Below are positions 49,269-57,150 of a DNA stretch of 64,000 bases, piece after piece. Each line of letters starts with the position of its first letter. Within the stretch, counting starts at the first letter, position 1. A program made the position numbers and the translations under genes. This DNA is from Sulfobacillus sp. (GTDB taxonomy: Bacteria; Bacillota; Sulfobacillia; Sulfobacillales; Sulfobacillaceae). The notes under the pieces are model-generated. The model had not been told where the DNA came from and searched no databases. It was given only the letters and a program-made list of their open reading frames with translations. The stretch lies in assembly GCA_027343695.1 (NCBI GenBank), contig DAHWKJ010000078.1:8290-72289 (forward strand), in the 5' to 3' direction.

Positions 49269-50001
49269 GGTTCTCGCTCCTTACAAAGGTCCCGATAGGT
49301 TCACCAAGGATTACCTTTCGAATATTACCATAAATATTCATGTTGAAGACGACAATGGGGATGTCGTTGTCCATGCAGAGCGACGTGGCGGTCGCATCCA
49401 TGACTTTCAGATTTTCTTTGAGTACGTCGAGGTAGCCAATTTGATCCAACTTGCGGGCATCTGGATTAGTTCTGGGGTCGGCGTCGTAGACGCCGGATTC
49501 TTTGGTGGCTTTGAGCATGACGTCGGCTTCAATTTCTGCCGCTCGAAGTGCGGCCGTGGTATCGGTGGAGAAGTACGGCGTCCCGTTTCCAGCGGCGAAA
49601 ATTACGACCCGACCTTTTTCTAAATGGGTAATGGCTCGACGTCGGATATAAGGTTCTGCAACTTCCTTCATTTCGATAGCGGTCTGGACCCGGACTTCGA
49701 CTCCGTGTTTTTCCAGTGCATCCATCAATGCTAGAGCATTAATGACGGTGGCCAGCATGCCCATATAATCGGCGGTGGCCCTATCCATCCCCTTGGAGGA
49801 ACCGGATAGACCACGCCAAATGTTGCCTCCGCCTACAACTAAGCCAACCTGGACGCCAAGGCTCGAGACATCTTTTATTTGTCGTGCAATACTATCCACC
49901 ACAATCGGGTCGATACCATATCCGGCGGTACCGGCCAGTGCCTCTCCGGATAATTTCAGGACAATCCGGTGATACTTTGCCTGGTCATGGGTTTCTGTCA
50001 T
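49261..50001 (-). CDS. pyrH: UMP kinase
   Basis: 246 aa with '[11 protein letters not shown]', '[10 protein letters not shown]' and '[23 protein letters not shown]'. Confidence 0.95.
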   Translation of the reverse strand: MTETHDQAKYHRIVLKLSGEALAGTAGYGIDPIVVDSIARQIKDVSSLGVQVGLVVGGGNIWRGLSGSSKGMDRATADYMGMLATVINALALMDALEKHGVEVRVQTAIEMKEVAEPYIRRRAITHLEKGRVVIFAAGNGTPYFSTDTTAALRAAEIEADVMLKATKESGVYDADPRTNPDARKLDQIGYLDVLKENLKVMDATATSLCMDNDIPIVVFNMNIYGNIRKVILGEPIGTFVRSENHA

Positions 50002-50026
50002 AGTGGTCGTGCTCCTTTAAATTTTG

Positions 50027-50057
50027 GTAAAAGAAAAGGGCACTCGCGTGCCCTTTT
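50027..50057 (-). terminator. Intrinsic terminator after tsf
   Basis: The minus strand reads AAAAGGGCAC-gcga-GUGCCCUUUU followed by CUUUUACC. It overlaps the tsf stop and separates rpsB-tsf from pyrH-frr. Confidence 0.8.
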
Positions 50058-50676
50058 ATTCAGTCGGACCCGCGGTGCCGAAAAGCTCCTCGCCTCGCTC
50101 GAACCGTGCAAAGCGTCGGACCGTTATCTGTTCCCCAAGTCGAGCTATATGTTCCTTAATCAATTGGTCAATGGTGATGTCGGGGTTTTTGACAAACGGT
50201 TGGTCAACCAGACAATATTCTTGATAAAATTTCTTGACGCGGCCTTCTACCATTTTTGCCACGATGGCTTCCGGTTTGCCTTCATTCAAAGCTTGGGCCG
50301 TCAATACTTGCCGTTCGTGCTCCAATTCGGCTTCAGGTACCTCTTCGGCGCGCACAAATCGAGGCCGGGCTGCCGCGATATGCATGGCCACATCATGAGC
50401 TAATGCCCGAAAATCGGTGGTGTTCGCCACGAAGTCAGTCTCGCAATTGATTTCTAATAGCACACCAATCCGCCCTTGAAGGTGGATATAGCTTTCGATG
50501 AGGCCTTCGGTAGCACTTCGGCCGGCCTTCTTGGCAGCCGCTGCTAGGCCCCGTTCTCGTAAAACGTCTATCGCGCGATCGATGTTGCCGTCGGACTCTT
50601 GGAGTGCACGCTTACATTCCATCATCCCCGCACCGGTTCGGTCTCGTAACGCCTTTACATCTTTTGCTGAAAACAC
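50056..50676 (-). CDS. tsf: Elongation factor Ts (short ~206-aa form)
   Basis: The start is reset to GTG 50676 ([25 protein letters not shown]...), 7 nt after GGAGG. This is the short Thermus/Clostridia-type length. Confidence 0.92.
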   Translation of the reverse strand: MFSAKDVKALRDRTGAGMMECKRALQESDGNIDRAIDVLRERGLAAAAKKAGRSATEGLIESYIHLQGRIGVLLEINCETDFVANTTDFRALAHDVAMHIAAARPRFVRAEEVPEAELEHERQVLTAQALNEGKPEAIVAKMVEGRVKKFYQEYCLVDQPFVKNPDITIDQLIKEHIARLGEQITVRRFARFERGEELFGTAGPTE

Positions 50677-50738
50677 ACAAGATCCTCCTCGCAGTGAAAG
50701 CGACCTTGCGGTCGCCTTCATGGGTGTCTGTAAAACCC

Positions 50739-51464
50739 TTATTGCGCTTCCGCCACAACCACTTCGTCTTGGTTTAACGCTTCGCCTTGACGCCCTTCGA
50801 TGAGCGCATCCGCCATTCTAGCCGTCAAAAGGCGTACCGCTCGAATCGCATCATCATTACCAGGAATGATGTAATCAATTTCGTCGGGATCACAGTTAGT
50901 GTCCACAATCCCCACAATCGGAATGCCCAATTTACGGGCTTCTGTCACAGCGATGTGTTCCTTCCGAGGATCGACAACAAATACGGCTGCCGGAAGTTCT
51001 TTCATCCCTTCGATACCACCCAGGTATTTCTCAAGCTTTTCTTTTTCGCGCATAAGGGAACTGACTTCTTTTTTCGGCAGTCGTTCCCAATTTCCACTGG
51101 CTTCTTGGTCTTTTAACTCACCTAGGCGCTTAACGCGTTTTTTGATGGTATCAAAATTGGTCAACATCCCGCCTAGCCATCGTTGGTTAACAAAGTAGTC
51201 ACCCGAGCGCCGTGCTTCTTCGGCCACCGCCTCTTGGGCTTGCTTTTTTGTGCCGATAAACAGCATACGGCCCCCATCAGCTCCTACTTGGCGGACGAAA
51301 TTATAGGCATCTTCAACTTTTCGAACCGTTTTCTGTAGGTCGATAATGTAGATCCCATTACGTTCGGTAAAAATATAGGGCTTCATCTTAGGGTTCCAAC
51401 GGCGGGTCTGATGGCCAAAGTGGACACCAGCTTCTAGCAATTGCTTCATGGAAATTACAGACAT
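50739..51464 (-). CDS. rpsB: 30S ribosomal protein S2
   Basis: 241 aa with '[19 protein letters not shown]'. CCAGGAGGTG SD is present. Confidence 0.95.
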   Translation of the reverse strand: MSVISMKQLLEAGVHFGHQTRRWNPKMKPYIFTERNGIYIIDLQKTVRKVEDAYNFVRQVGADGGRMLFIGTKKQAQEAVAEEARRSGDYFVNQRWLGGMLTNFDTIKKRVKRLGELKDQEASGNWERLPKKEVSSLMREKEKLEKYLGGIEGMKELPAAVFVVDPRKEHIAVTEARKLGIPIVGIVDTNCDPDEIDYIIPGNDDAIRAVRLLTARMADALIEGRQGEALNQDEVVVAEAQ

Positions 51465-51473
51465 CCTACACCT

Positions 51474-51529
51474 CCTGGTTTTTCCTCCGTAACCCCACAG
51501 GACTTTGAAAGCACCAGGCCAGGGTTACG
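51474..51529 (-). promoter_or_regulatory. rpsB leader hairpin with possible SD-sequestering pseudoknot
   Basis: 8-bp stem CGUAACCC/GGGUUACG (51488-51529). The loop sequence CCUGGU is complementary to ACCAGG (51474-51479), which abuts and overlaps the SD ACCAGGAGGUG. Confidence 0.35.
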
Positions 51530-51551
51530 TGCGTGGTAGTAAATCCGATTT

Positions 51552-51580
51552 AGTATACCATAGGAAAATAATCAGGGCAA
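51552..51580 (-). promoter_or_regulatory. Sigma-A-type promoter for rpsB-tsf
   Basis: On the minus strand: TTGCCC (51575-51580), 17-nt spacer, TGgTATACT extended -10 (51552-51560). Confidence 0.6.
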
Positions 51581-51930
51581 GCCGGAGAAGACCGACGGGT
51601 ATGCCTCATCACGGTGAACACAGTGCAATCCGCTGCGATAGCGGCACCACGTGAGCCTTGTATGGTCCCGCTAGAAGCCTGCCAACACCTGGCTGGTGAC
51701 CCCGCGCACCCCAGTGTCACTTTCGTATTGGGGGCACCCGGTTACCGCACGGACGGTCATCCCGGATCCGACCCGAAGTCCGGCTAATGAATAACCGGGG
51801 AGAGTCGGAGTGATTGGGATCCAACGTAAAAGACCCTTGATTGGTCGTTGCGGTGTTTTTCAGCCGCCGTCGATTGTCAGGTCAAGGGCGCCACAGTGAG
51901 TCGAGGAGCACGACACCGTGCTGAACCATC
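51581..51930. ncRNA. Candidate structured RNA, unassigned (weak cobalamin-riboswitch-like core on the + strand)
   Basis: No ORF of 60 codons or more in any frame from 51465 to 51930. The interval holds many hairpins and ordered motif blocks; see the finding. The strand is unresolved. Confidence 0.3.
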
Positions 51931-52056
51931 ATGCCCGGCTCCAGGATCCACGCTATCGGGCCCAACGATGTTCCGTTGGTTCGGGAATCATTGAGCGGGC
52001 TTGACCGTCGATGCTCACGAAAACGGGAGGGTGCAATGCGCTGGACCGAAGGCACA

Positions 52057-52497
52057 CTATTTGAGATGGATTCGCAGCGGAATGACGACGCCCTGTATTC
52101 TGAGTTTGAAAAAAAACCAGTGAGGAGAGAGTCCGGGCTGAAATATCTGCTTCACTATTTTCGAGGGGGTTAGCTGGGATTGAACGTAACGGTCAAGCTG
52201 TTGATCCGCGGTCTGGATTAGGCGTTGTCGTAGCCGCAGTTGAGCTGCGGTGGGGATCCCAAAGTTCACCCCATCTACCGAGACCGCCAAGTGTTGGAGG
52301 ACGGTAGTGATCTGGGCTTCGATGGCGGGCTGCAGTTGGCTTTCTATTTGGTGTCTGAGGCTTGGTGCCCAGCGATGGAACTGGACATGGACGAGGGCGG
52401 TGGTCTGGTTCGCCACGGCCCGTTGACTCAACTGAATGGAGAGCCCTTGCGTGGTAAGCCATCCGTATTCGGCCATGGCTACGAACACCATGCCCAT
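52057..52497 (-). CDS. Hypothetical protein (146 aa, short hydrophobic N-terminus)
   Basis: The ORF 'MGMVFVAMAEYGWLTTQGL...' sits behind its own predicted promoter. It is Gln/Leu-rich. No family recognised. Confidence 0.45.
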   Translation of the reverse strand: MGMVFVAMAEYGWLTTQGLSIQLSQRAVANQTTALVHVQFHRWAPSLRHQIESQLQPAIEAQITTVLQHLAVSVDGVNFGIPTAAQLRLRQRLIQTADQQLDRYVQSQLTPSKIVKQIFQPGLSPHWFFFKLRIQGVVIPLRIHLK

Positions 52498-52567
52498 CCC
52501 TATCCCCAGTAATAGAGTAGCGATATGTGACTTACTTAAGGCCCCTCACCCTCTTGCCTGTGCCTTG

Positions 52568-52596
52568 ATTATCTAGTATCGCCCAATCGTGGGCAA
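52568..52596 (-). promoter_or_regulatory. Sigma-A-type promoter for the 146-aa ORF
   Basis: On the minus strand: TTGCCC (52591-52596), 17-nt spacer, GATAAT (52568-52573). Confidence 0.5.
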
Positions 52597-52646
52597 AACA
52601 TAATATGCAAGGAATGGCGCTGCTATCCAAGCCAGGTGAGGGAGTG

Positions 52647-52958
52647 TCAGGGCGTCTCGTTGGGAGGAATCTCGGGTGGGCGGTTCCGCGGCCGGGGATC
52701 CGACGCGATAAGCCCGTAGATTAATCCAATGTACAACCCGGCGATTCCGGCCTTGGCGACTCCTGAGGCATGGGTGCCCGTGAGATACCAGACGACTATA
52801 ACCCCACCAGCAAGAAACAGGAGGGCTCGTGCACTTTCTTTGAGATAGAGGAGCCGTTTGGAATGGTTGCGGACAAATCGGCCTGCAAACGCCCCGACCG
52901 TAGTGGTGAGGACAACAAACAGCACGTGGACTAAGTTTAGGCTCAACGCTGTGTCCAT
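52647..52958 (-). CDS. Small integral membrane protein (3 predicted TM helices)
   Basis: 103 aa reading 'LVHVLFVVLTTTVGAFAG...LLFLAGGVIVVWYL...IAGLYIGLIYGLI'. I prefer it over the overlapping Cys/Arg/Pro-rich 135-aa frame (52573..52980). Confidence 0.5.
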   Translation of the reverse strand: MDTALSLNLVHVLFVVLTTTVGAFAGRFVRNHSKRLLYLKESARALLFLAGGVIVVWYLTGTHASGVAKAGIAGLYIGLIYGLIASDPRPRNRPPEIPPNETP

Positions 52959-52976
52959 TCCTCTCTTGAAAATTTG

Positions 52977-54368
52977 TCACACCAACGGCAGCTCGACGCG
53001 ACGCCTTGGAGACCGTCCGGACAATGGAGCCCCGGCTTGGCGTCCACTCAGGTAAAATGTTTTGGCCTGCTCGATGCGTACCGGTACGAATCGGTCAATG
53101 AGGTCCACAGCGGGATCCCGGTCCAGTAAGACCACTTTGTTGGATTGAGTACGGCCAGCCCAAACGTTTGGGTTTTTTCGGCTTAAACCGTCGATCAACA
53201 CGGTTTCCGTGGTTCCAATCATTTTTAGGTTGGCTTCTAAACTAATTTGATACTGCAACTCCATCAAACGATTCAATCGGTCTTTCTTAATCGGGTTGGG
53301 CACCGGATCCCGCCCTTCCCATCGAGCCGCTGGAGTTCCTTCCCGCGGTGAATAGATAAAGGTAAAGGCCGCATCATAACGCACTTCCCGGACCAAGTCC
53401 AGGGTCTGTTGGAAATCTTCTTCGGACTCACCGGGAAACCCCACAATAATGTCGGTGGTTAACGATGCATCAGGGATAGCCGTTTTCACACGAGACACCA
53501 AGTCTAAATATTCCTCTCGCGTGTATTTCCGGTTCATCCGTTTCAAAATCGGGTTGGATCCGGCTTGGACGGGTAAATGGACATGATGCGTGATAGTCTG
53601 GCTGTGGGCGATGGCGGAAATAAGACGTTGACTAAAGTCCCTCGGATGGGGCGTGATGTAGTGAAGCCACCGAACGCCCTCGATCTTCTCTAGGGCTTCC
53701 AAGAGATCGGCTAAATCTAGGGCTGGTACCAAGTCATGCCCGTATGAATTGACATTTTGGCCCAAGACGGTGATGTCCTGGTACCCTTCGCGAGCCAAGG
53801 CGCGCACCTCGTCCACCACATCAGGCAGTTCGCGGGAACGTTCTTTTCCACGCGTAAACGGAACGATACAATACGTGCAAAATTTATCGCATCCATAAAT
53901 GATGTTGACATAGGCACGCACCCCATCGTTTCGATGTGACGGTAGGTGCTCTACCACATCGCCGGCAGACTTCCAGACCTCCACAACGGTTGCTTCATGC
54001 TCTTCAACCTCTTCGAGAAGTCGAGGCAGTTCGTGAAGATTATGGGTGCCAAACACGAGGTCGACATGCGGGGCATGCCGCTTAATCCATGCTACGGTAC
54101 CGGGCTCTTGTGCCATACATCCGGCCACGGCCAGTCGCATTTGAGGACGTGAGTCTTTCAGTTGTTTTAATTGCCCAATGTATCCAAAAGCGTGTTGCTC
54201 TGCACTTGCACGGACGGCGCACGTATTAATGATAATGAGATCCGCTTCCGAGTCCTTGGGGCTCACTTGATAACCAATCTGATCGAGTTGGCCCGCCATA
54301 ATTTCCGAGTCTCGTTCATTCATCTGGCATCCATACGTTTTAATGTAATACTTTGGTGCTGTTGCCAC
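52977..54368 (-). CDS. miaB: tRNA-i6A37 methylthiotransferase MiaB
   Basis: Contains 'YYIKTYGCQMNERDSE', the radical-SAM motif 'CDKFCTYCIVP' and a TRAM C-terminus. The start is set to GTG 54368 (VATAPKYY...), 8 nt after AGGGGAGG. The track's TTG 54437 coincides with the predicted -35 box. Confidence 0.92.
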   Translation of the reverse strand: MATAPKYYIKTYGCQMNERDSEIMAGQLDQIGYQVSPKDSEADLIIINTCAVRASAEQHAFGYIGQLKQLKDSRPQMRLAVAGCMAQEPGTVAWIKRHAPHVDLVFGTHNLHELPRLLEEVEEHEATVVEVWKSAGDVVEHLPSHRNDGVRAYVNIIYGCDKFCTYCIVPFTRGKERSRELPDVVDEVRALAREGYQDITVLGQNVNSYGHDLVPALDLADLLEALEKIEGVRWLHYITPHPRDFSQRLISAIAHSQTITHHVHLPVQAGSNPILKRMNRKYTREEYLDLVSRVKTAIPDASLTTDIIVGFPGESEEDFQQTLDLVREVRYDAAFTFIYSPREGTPAARWEGRDPVPNPIKKDRLNRLMELQYQISLEANLKMIGTTETVLIDGLSRKNPNVWAGRTQSNKVVLLDRDPAVDLIDRFVPVRIEQAKTFYLSGRQAGAPLSGRSPRRRVELPLV

Positions 54369-54408
54369 GAGGGCCACCTCCCCTAATTCGCGCATCACTG
54401 GTTGGTTA

Positions 54409-54437
54409 AGTTTATCACGAACCCTGCCCAATCCCAA
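54409..54437 (-). promoter_or_regulatory. Sigma-A-type promoter for miaB
   Basis: On the minus strand: TTGGGA (54432-54437), 17-nt spacer, TGaTAAACT extended -10 (54409-54417). Confidence 0.55.
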
Positions 54438-54812
54438 CGCCCGTTATTAGGGCTTGGACCCAACTCGTGCCACGGGTCGGTTTTGACATCCTCCCGCGAC
54501 TAAAGCCGCCGGAACCCCGATCCTCGAGAACTGGGGTTCCTGCTTCATGAGGCCCCACTTCGTAAGGTTTTCCCGGTTCGACGCCATACACAAGGGCCCT
54601 ACGCGGGAAGGCGGTCCCCGTGCTTACCGGGAATCCCACCCTAGGGAGTTGTGGGTCGTCTGGCTATTTTCGAAGATCCCTATACCGGTATGGAGTGATA
54701 GCGCGGGCACCCTCTTTTTCTCGCCAAAGACTCCGGTGAAGGATTCATCCAGAGGGCGTCAAGCTTGCCGCGACGGCTTCGCGGCGACGTCGTGCAACCA
54801 TGGCAAAGCTAA
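54438..54812. ncRNA. Candidate structured RNA or long hflX 3'UTR, unassigned
   Basis: A 375-nt GC-rich gap between the hflX stop and the miaB promoter. It contains a perfect 8-bp hairpin GGAACCCC/GGGGTTCC (54511-54540) and several other stems. Only low-complexity ORFs are present. Confidence 0.25.
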
Positions 54813-56090
54813 TCACCAGGGCGGGGTACGGTCATGCGATTCAAAGGCGATAAATTGATAGCGCTGCTGGTTTGCGCATGTGATCGCAAGCCAACTGCCT
54901 TCTTGCTCATCTTGGCGCTGAATAATCGTCGCGGACTGATAGATGGCTTGCCACGTTTCTTTTTGAGCCCATGGAACAAAAAGGGTGATGGCTTGTCTGT
55001 ATTCGAGAAGCTGTCGTCGTAAAACGTCCCATAGGGTTTGGAGGCCCTGACCGGTCGTTGCGGAAATCCATAGAGTGGCGGGATGTTGATCGAGTGGGGG
55101 TACGCGGTCCGCTTGATTAGAGACGACAATTTGTGGAATCTCGTCCGCGTCGACTTCTTGTAATACGGACTGAGTCGCGGTGAGTTGATGGTCCCGCTCT
55201 GGGTCACTCCCGTTAGTCACCACGACAAGGACGTCGGCATCGCGCACTTCATCCAAAGTGGCATGAAAGGCGTTAACCAGCGCATGCGGCAATCGATCCA
55301 CGAAGCCGACCGTGTCCGACAGCAGGGCCGGCCCAAATCCAGGGACTTCGATACGTCGTACGGTGGGATCCAACGTTACGAACAGGGCGTCCGCAATCAT
55401 TGGTGAACTTCCGGTAAGGCGACTAAACAGGGTAGATTTGCCGACGTTGGTGTATCCAACCAGCGCGATTAGCGGCAATTCGTGCGCGGCGCGACGTTGG
55501 CGGCGTTGTTTGCGTTCGGCGGCGACCGAATCGAGCTCCTGGGACAGCCGTTGAATCCGATATCGTAGGCGGCGGCGATCCATTTCAAGGGGCGTCTCCC
55601 CAGGTCCCCTGGTGCCAATGCCACCGCCGGACCGTTCGGATATGCGGTAGGCCCCGACCCGTGGCAATAGATAACGGAGTTGCGCCAACTCCACTTGAAG
55701 TGTGCCTTCACGGGAAGTCGCCCGCTGAGCGAAAATATCTAAAATGACCTGGGTGCGATCTAACACACGGACTCTTCCGGGAAGCGACCGGGACCATTGG
55801 CTTAACATGGAGGGAGACAAGTCGATGTCGGACACGACTGTGGAGGCGTCGAGTTCGCTCACCTTATCGCCAAGATCGGCGAGTGCACCCTTACCGAGGC
55901 CCTGATGGATATTATCCCGGCGTTGGGACAGGGTTCCCACCACTTGACCCCCAGCTGCCTCCACCAGCCCTGTAAGTTCACGGACTTGGGTGTCATCGGG
56001 GCGATGATGATTGTCCCAGAGCGACACTAAGATGGTGCGTTCTGCTTTTTTGAGGGGATCCATGAAAAGCTCCTTTTGCGTCACGGTCAT
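54813..56090 (-). CDS. hflX: GTPase HflX
   Basis: G1 'GYTNVGKSTL', G3 'DTVGF' and G4 'NQAD'. The start is set to ATG 56090, which forms an ATGA overlap with the Nudix stop. Confidence 0.92.
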   Translation of the reverse strand: MTVTQKELFMDPLKKAERTILVSLWDNHHRPDDTQVRELTGLVEAAGGQVVGTLSQRRDNIHQGLGKGALADLGDKVSELDASTVVSDIDLSPSMLSQWSRSLPGRVRVLDRTQVILDIFAQRATSREGTLQVELAQLRYLLPRVGAYRISERSGGGIGTRGPGETPLEMDRRRLRYRIQRLSQELDSVAAERKQRRQRRAAHELPLIALVGYTNVGKSTLFSRLTGSSPMIADALFVTLDPTVRRIEVPGFGPALLSDTVGFVDRLPHALVNAFHATLDEVRDADVLVVVTNGSDPERDHQLTATQSVLQEVDADEIPQIVVSNQADRVPPLDQHPATLWISATTGQGLQTLWDVLRRQLLEYRQAITLFVPWAQKETWQAIYQSATIIQRQDEQEGSWLAITCANQQRYQFIAFESHDRTPPW

Positions 56091-56515
56091 GTATTGTCCC
56101 AATGTAAGGTTCGGCGGACCTCGGAATTTGCCAAAAAATCTGTCATACCGGGCGCCAACAGCAAGGATCTTATATCCGCAAGATTGATCCAGCGATAGTC
56201 GTGGGCATCGGAATCGGGAGTGGGTTCCCCTTCCCGAACGGTCGCTGCATAGTCTAAAATGACAAAGTGGTAGTCAGAACCCAGAAGCTCTCCTACATAA
56301 ATCAAGGGGCCAATGTCAATAGTAATATGGAGTTCTTCGGCCATCTCCCGTTGCAGCGCATCGGCGAGTGATTCGCCCCAACTCAGGTGTCCTCCCGGGA
56401 GCGCCCATAAGCCTCGCCCAGGGGGGTGGGCTCGTTGTACCAGCAACAAGTCGTAGCCTGGCTGCGATGCATTTTTACGATAGATTGCCGCCCCAATGCC
56501 AATTTCAGGCCTCAT
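56087..56515 (-). CDS. NUDIX hydrolase
   Basis: Nudix box 'GGHLSWGESLADALQREMAEELHI'. The start is uncertain: ATG 56515, 56527 or 56560, or the track's TTG 56578. Confidence 0.85.
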   Translation of the reverse strand: MRPEIGIGAAIYRKNASQPGYDLLLVQRAHPPGRGLWALPGGHLSWGESLADALQREMAEELHITIDIGPLIYVGELLGSDYHFVILDYAATVREGEPTPDSDAHDYRWINLADIRSLLLAPGMTDFLANSEVRRTLHWDNT

Positions 56516-56744
56516 TGCTGACGTCATGGATATCGTATACGGTGAGTTCATAATCGGCATCAAATTGCCGCAAGCCAAAAATAAATCCTTGTTCCTTTAA
56601 CACTTGATTAAGAAATGTGACGACTTGATACGGAGTGAATCCGTTAAAGCGGCGTTGTCCCATAGTAATCAACTTATCGTGATCTGCCGACACGTTCAAA
56701 TCGGGAACCTCCCTCACATCGTATATCGTATGTGGTGCTCTCAT
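56505..56744 (-). CDS. Small protein, tentatively YpmA/DUF4264-like
   Basis: Internal ATG (codon 63 of track ORF 56505..56930) gives 79 aa. The tail '...YQVVTFLNQVLKEQGFIFGLRQFDADYELTVYDIHD' resembles my recollection of B. subtilis YpmA ('...LNRTLKRDNLMFGLALDEE...FTIYRT'). Confidence 0.4.
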   Translation of the reverse strand: MRAPHTIYDVREVPDLNVSADHDKLITMGQRRFNGFTPYQVVTFLNQVLKEQGFIFGLRQFDADYELTVYDIHDVSNEA

Positions 56745-56876
56745 ACTACGTTTCCGCAGGCGGTAATTCAAGGCCACTTTGTGTTCTCCCTTACAAGCGT
56801 GACACCATCCTCCTAACATCCCCCGCGACTCGTTGACCAATACTAGTACTGTACCAGAAAAAAGGGGGCGAAGACG

Positions 56877-57095
56877 ATGGCAAAGTGGTCTAAAGGTCCG
56901 TCTGTATTGTCCAATGCGGTTCGCGATCAATTCAAATATGAGGTCGCGGCGGATTTGGGACTATTAGATGACATCGAACAAAAAGGATGGGCAGATATGC
57001 CCACGCGCCAACTCGGTCGCATCGGAGGGAAAATCGGGGGCAATATGGTTAAGGTGATGGTCCGTATGGCAGAAGAATCCATGGCCGAAAAATAG
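56877..57095 (+). CDS. Alpha/beta-type small acid-soluble spore protein
   Basis: 72 aa with 'DQFKYEVAADLGLLDDIEQKGWADMPTRQLGRIGGKIGGNMVKVMV'. AAGGGGG SD is present. Confidence 0.88.
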   Translation: MAKWSKGPSVLSNAVRDQFKYEVAADLGLLDDIEQKGWADMPTRQLGRIGGKIGGNMVKVMVRMAEESMAEK

Positions 57096-57118
57096 GATCG
57101 GCTTGGTAACCACGAGGC

Positions 57119-57150
57119 AATCGACGGGTGCTCTTACGGACCCGTCGATT
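57119..57150. terminator. Hairpin terminator between convergent SASP (+) and LysM-protein (-) genes
   Basis: 11-bp stem AATCGACGGGT/ACCCGTCGATT with a 10-nt loop. TTTATT follows on the plus strand. The stem abuts the minus-strand gene's stop codon. Confidence 0.6.

Noticed and set aside
51465-52056. Assignment of this non-coding interval to RNase P RNA, tmRNA, SRP RNA or a T-box.
   Set aside because: I looked on both strands for GAGGAAAGUCCGGGC and ACAGAAxCCGGCUUA (RNase P), GGGG...UUCGAC plus a 3' UCCACCA (tmRNA), GGAAGCAGC helix 8 (SRP) and AGGGUGGUACCGCG (T-box). Only partial look-alikes occur: GAAGUCCGGCU, GGUG..UGCAAUCCGC and CCCGGUUACCGCA. I make no confident family call.
52573-52980. 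A 135-aa minus-strand ORF overlapping the 103-aa membrane-protein ORF.
   Set aside because: Its product is Cys/Arg/Pro-rich and it overlaps the miaB stop. The alternative frame gives a clean 3-TM protein.
54438-54812. Assignment of this interval to FMN, ykkC/guanidine, ydaO/c-di-AMP, SAM, lysine or M-box riboswitches, or to SRP RNA.
   Set aside because: Short similarities occur: CUAGGGU..UCCCGG (ykkC-like), AGGGUGGGAUUCCC (FMN-like), AACCUUACGAAG (ydaO-like) and GAAGCAGG or UUCUCGAGG (SRP-like). The remaining conserved blocks of each family are missing or in the wrong order. The miaB promoter also lies downstream of the interval, so it is not a miaB leader.
56800-56876. A sigma-G promoter for the + strand SASP gene.
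   Set aside because: The best -10 candidate, AATACTA (56839-56845), has only a 3/5 match (ACATC) at the 18-nt-spaced -35 position. That is not convincing by eye.
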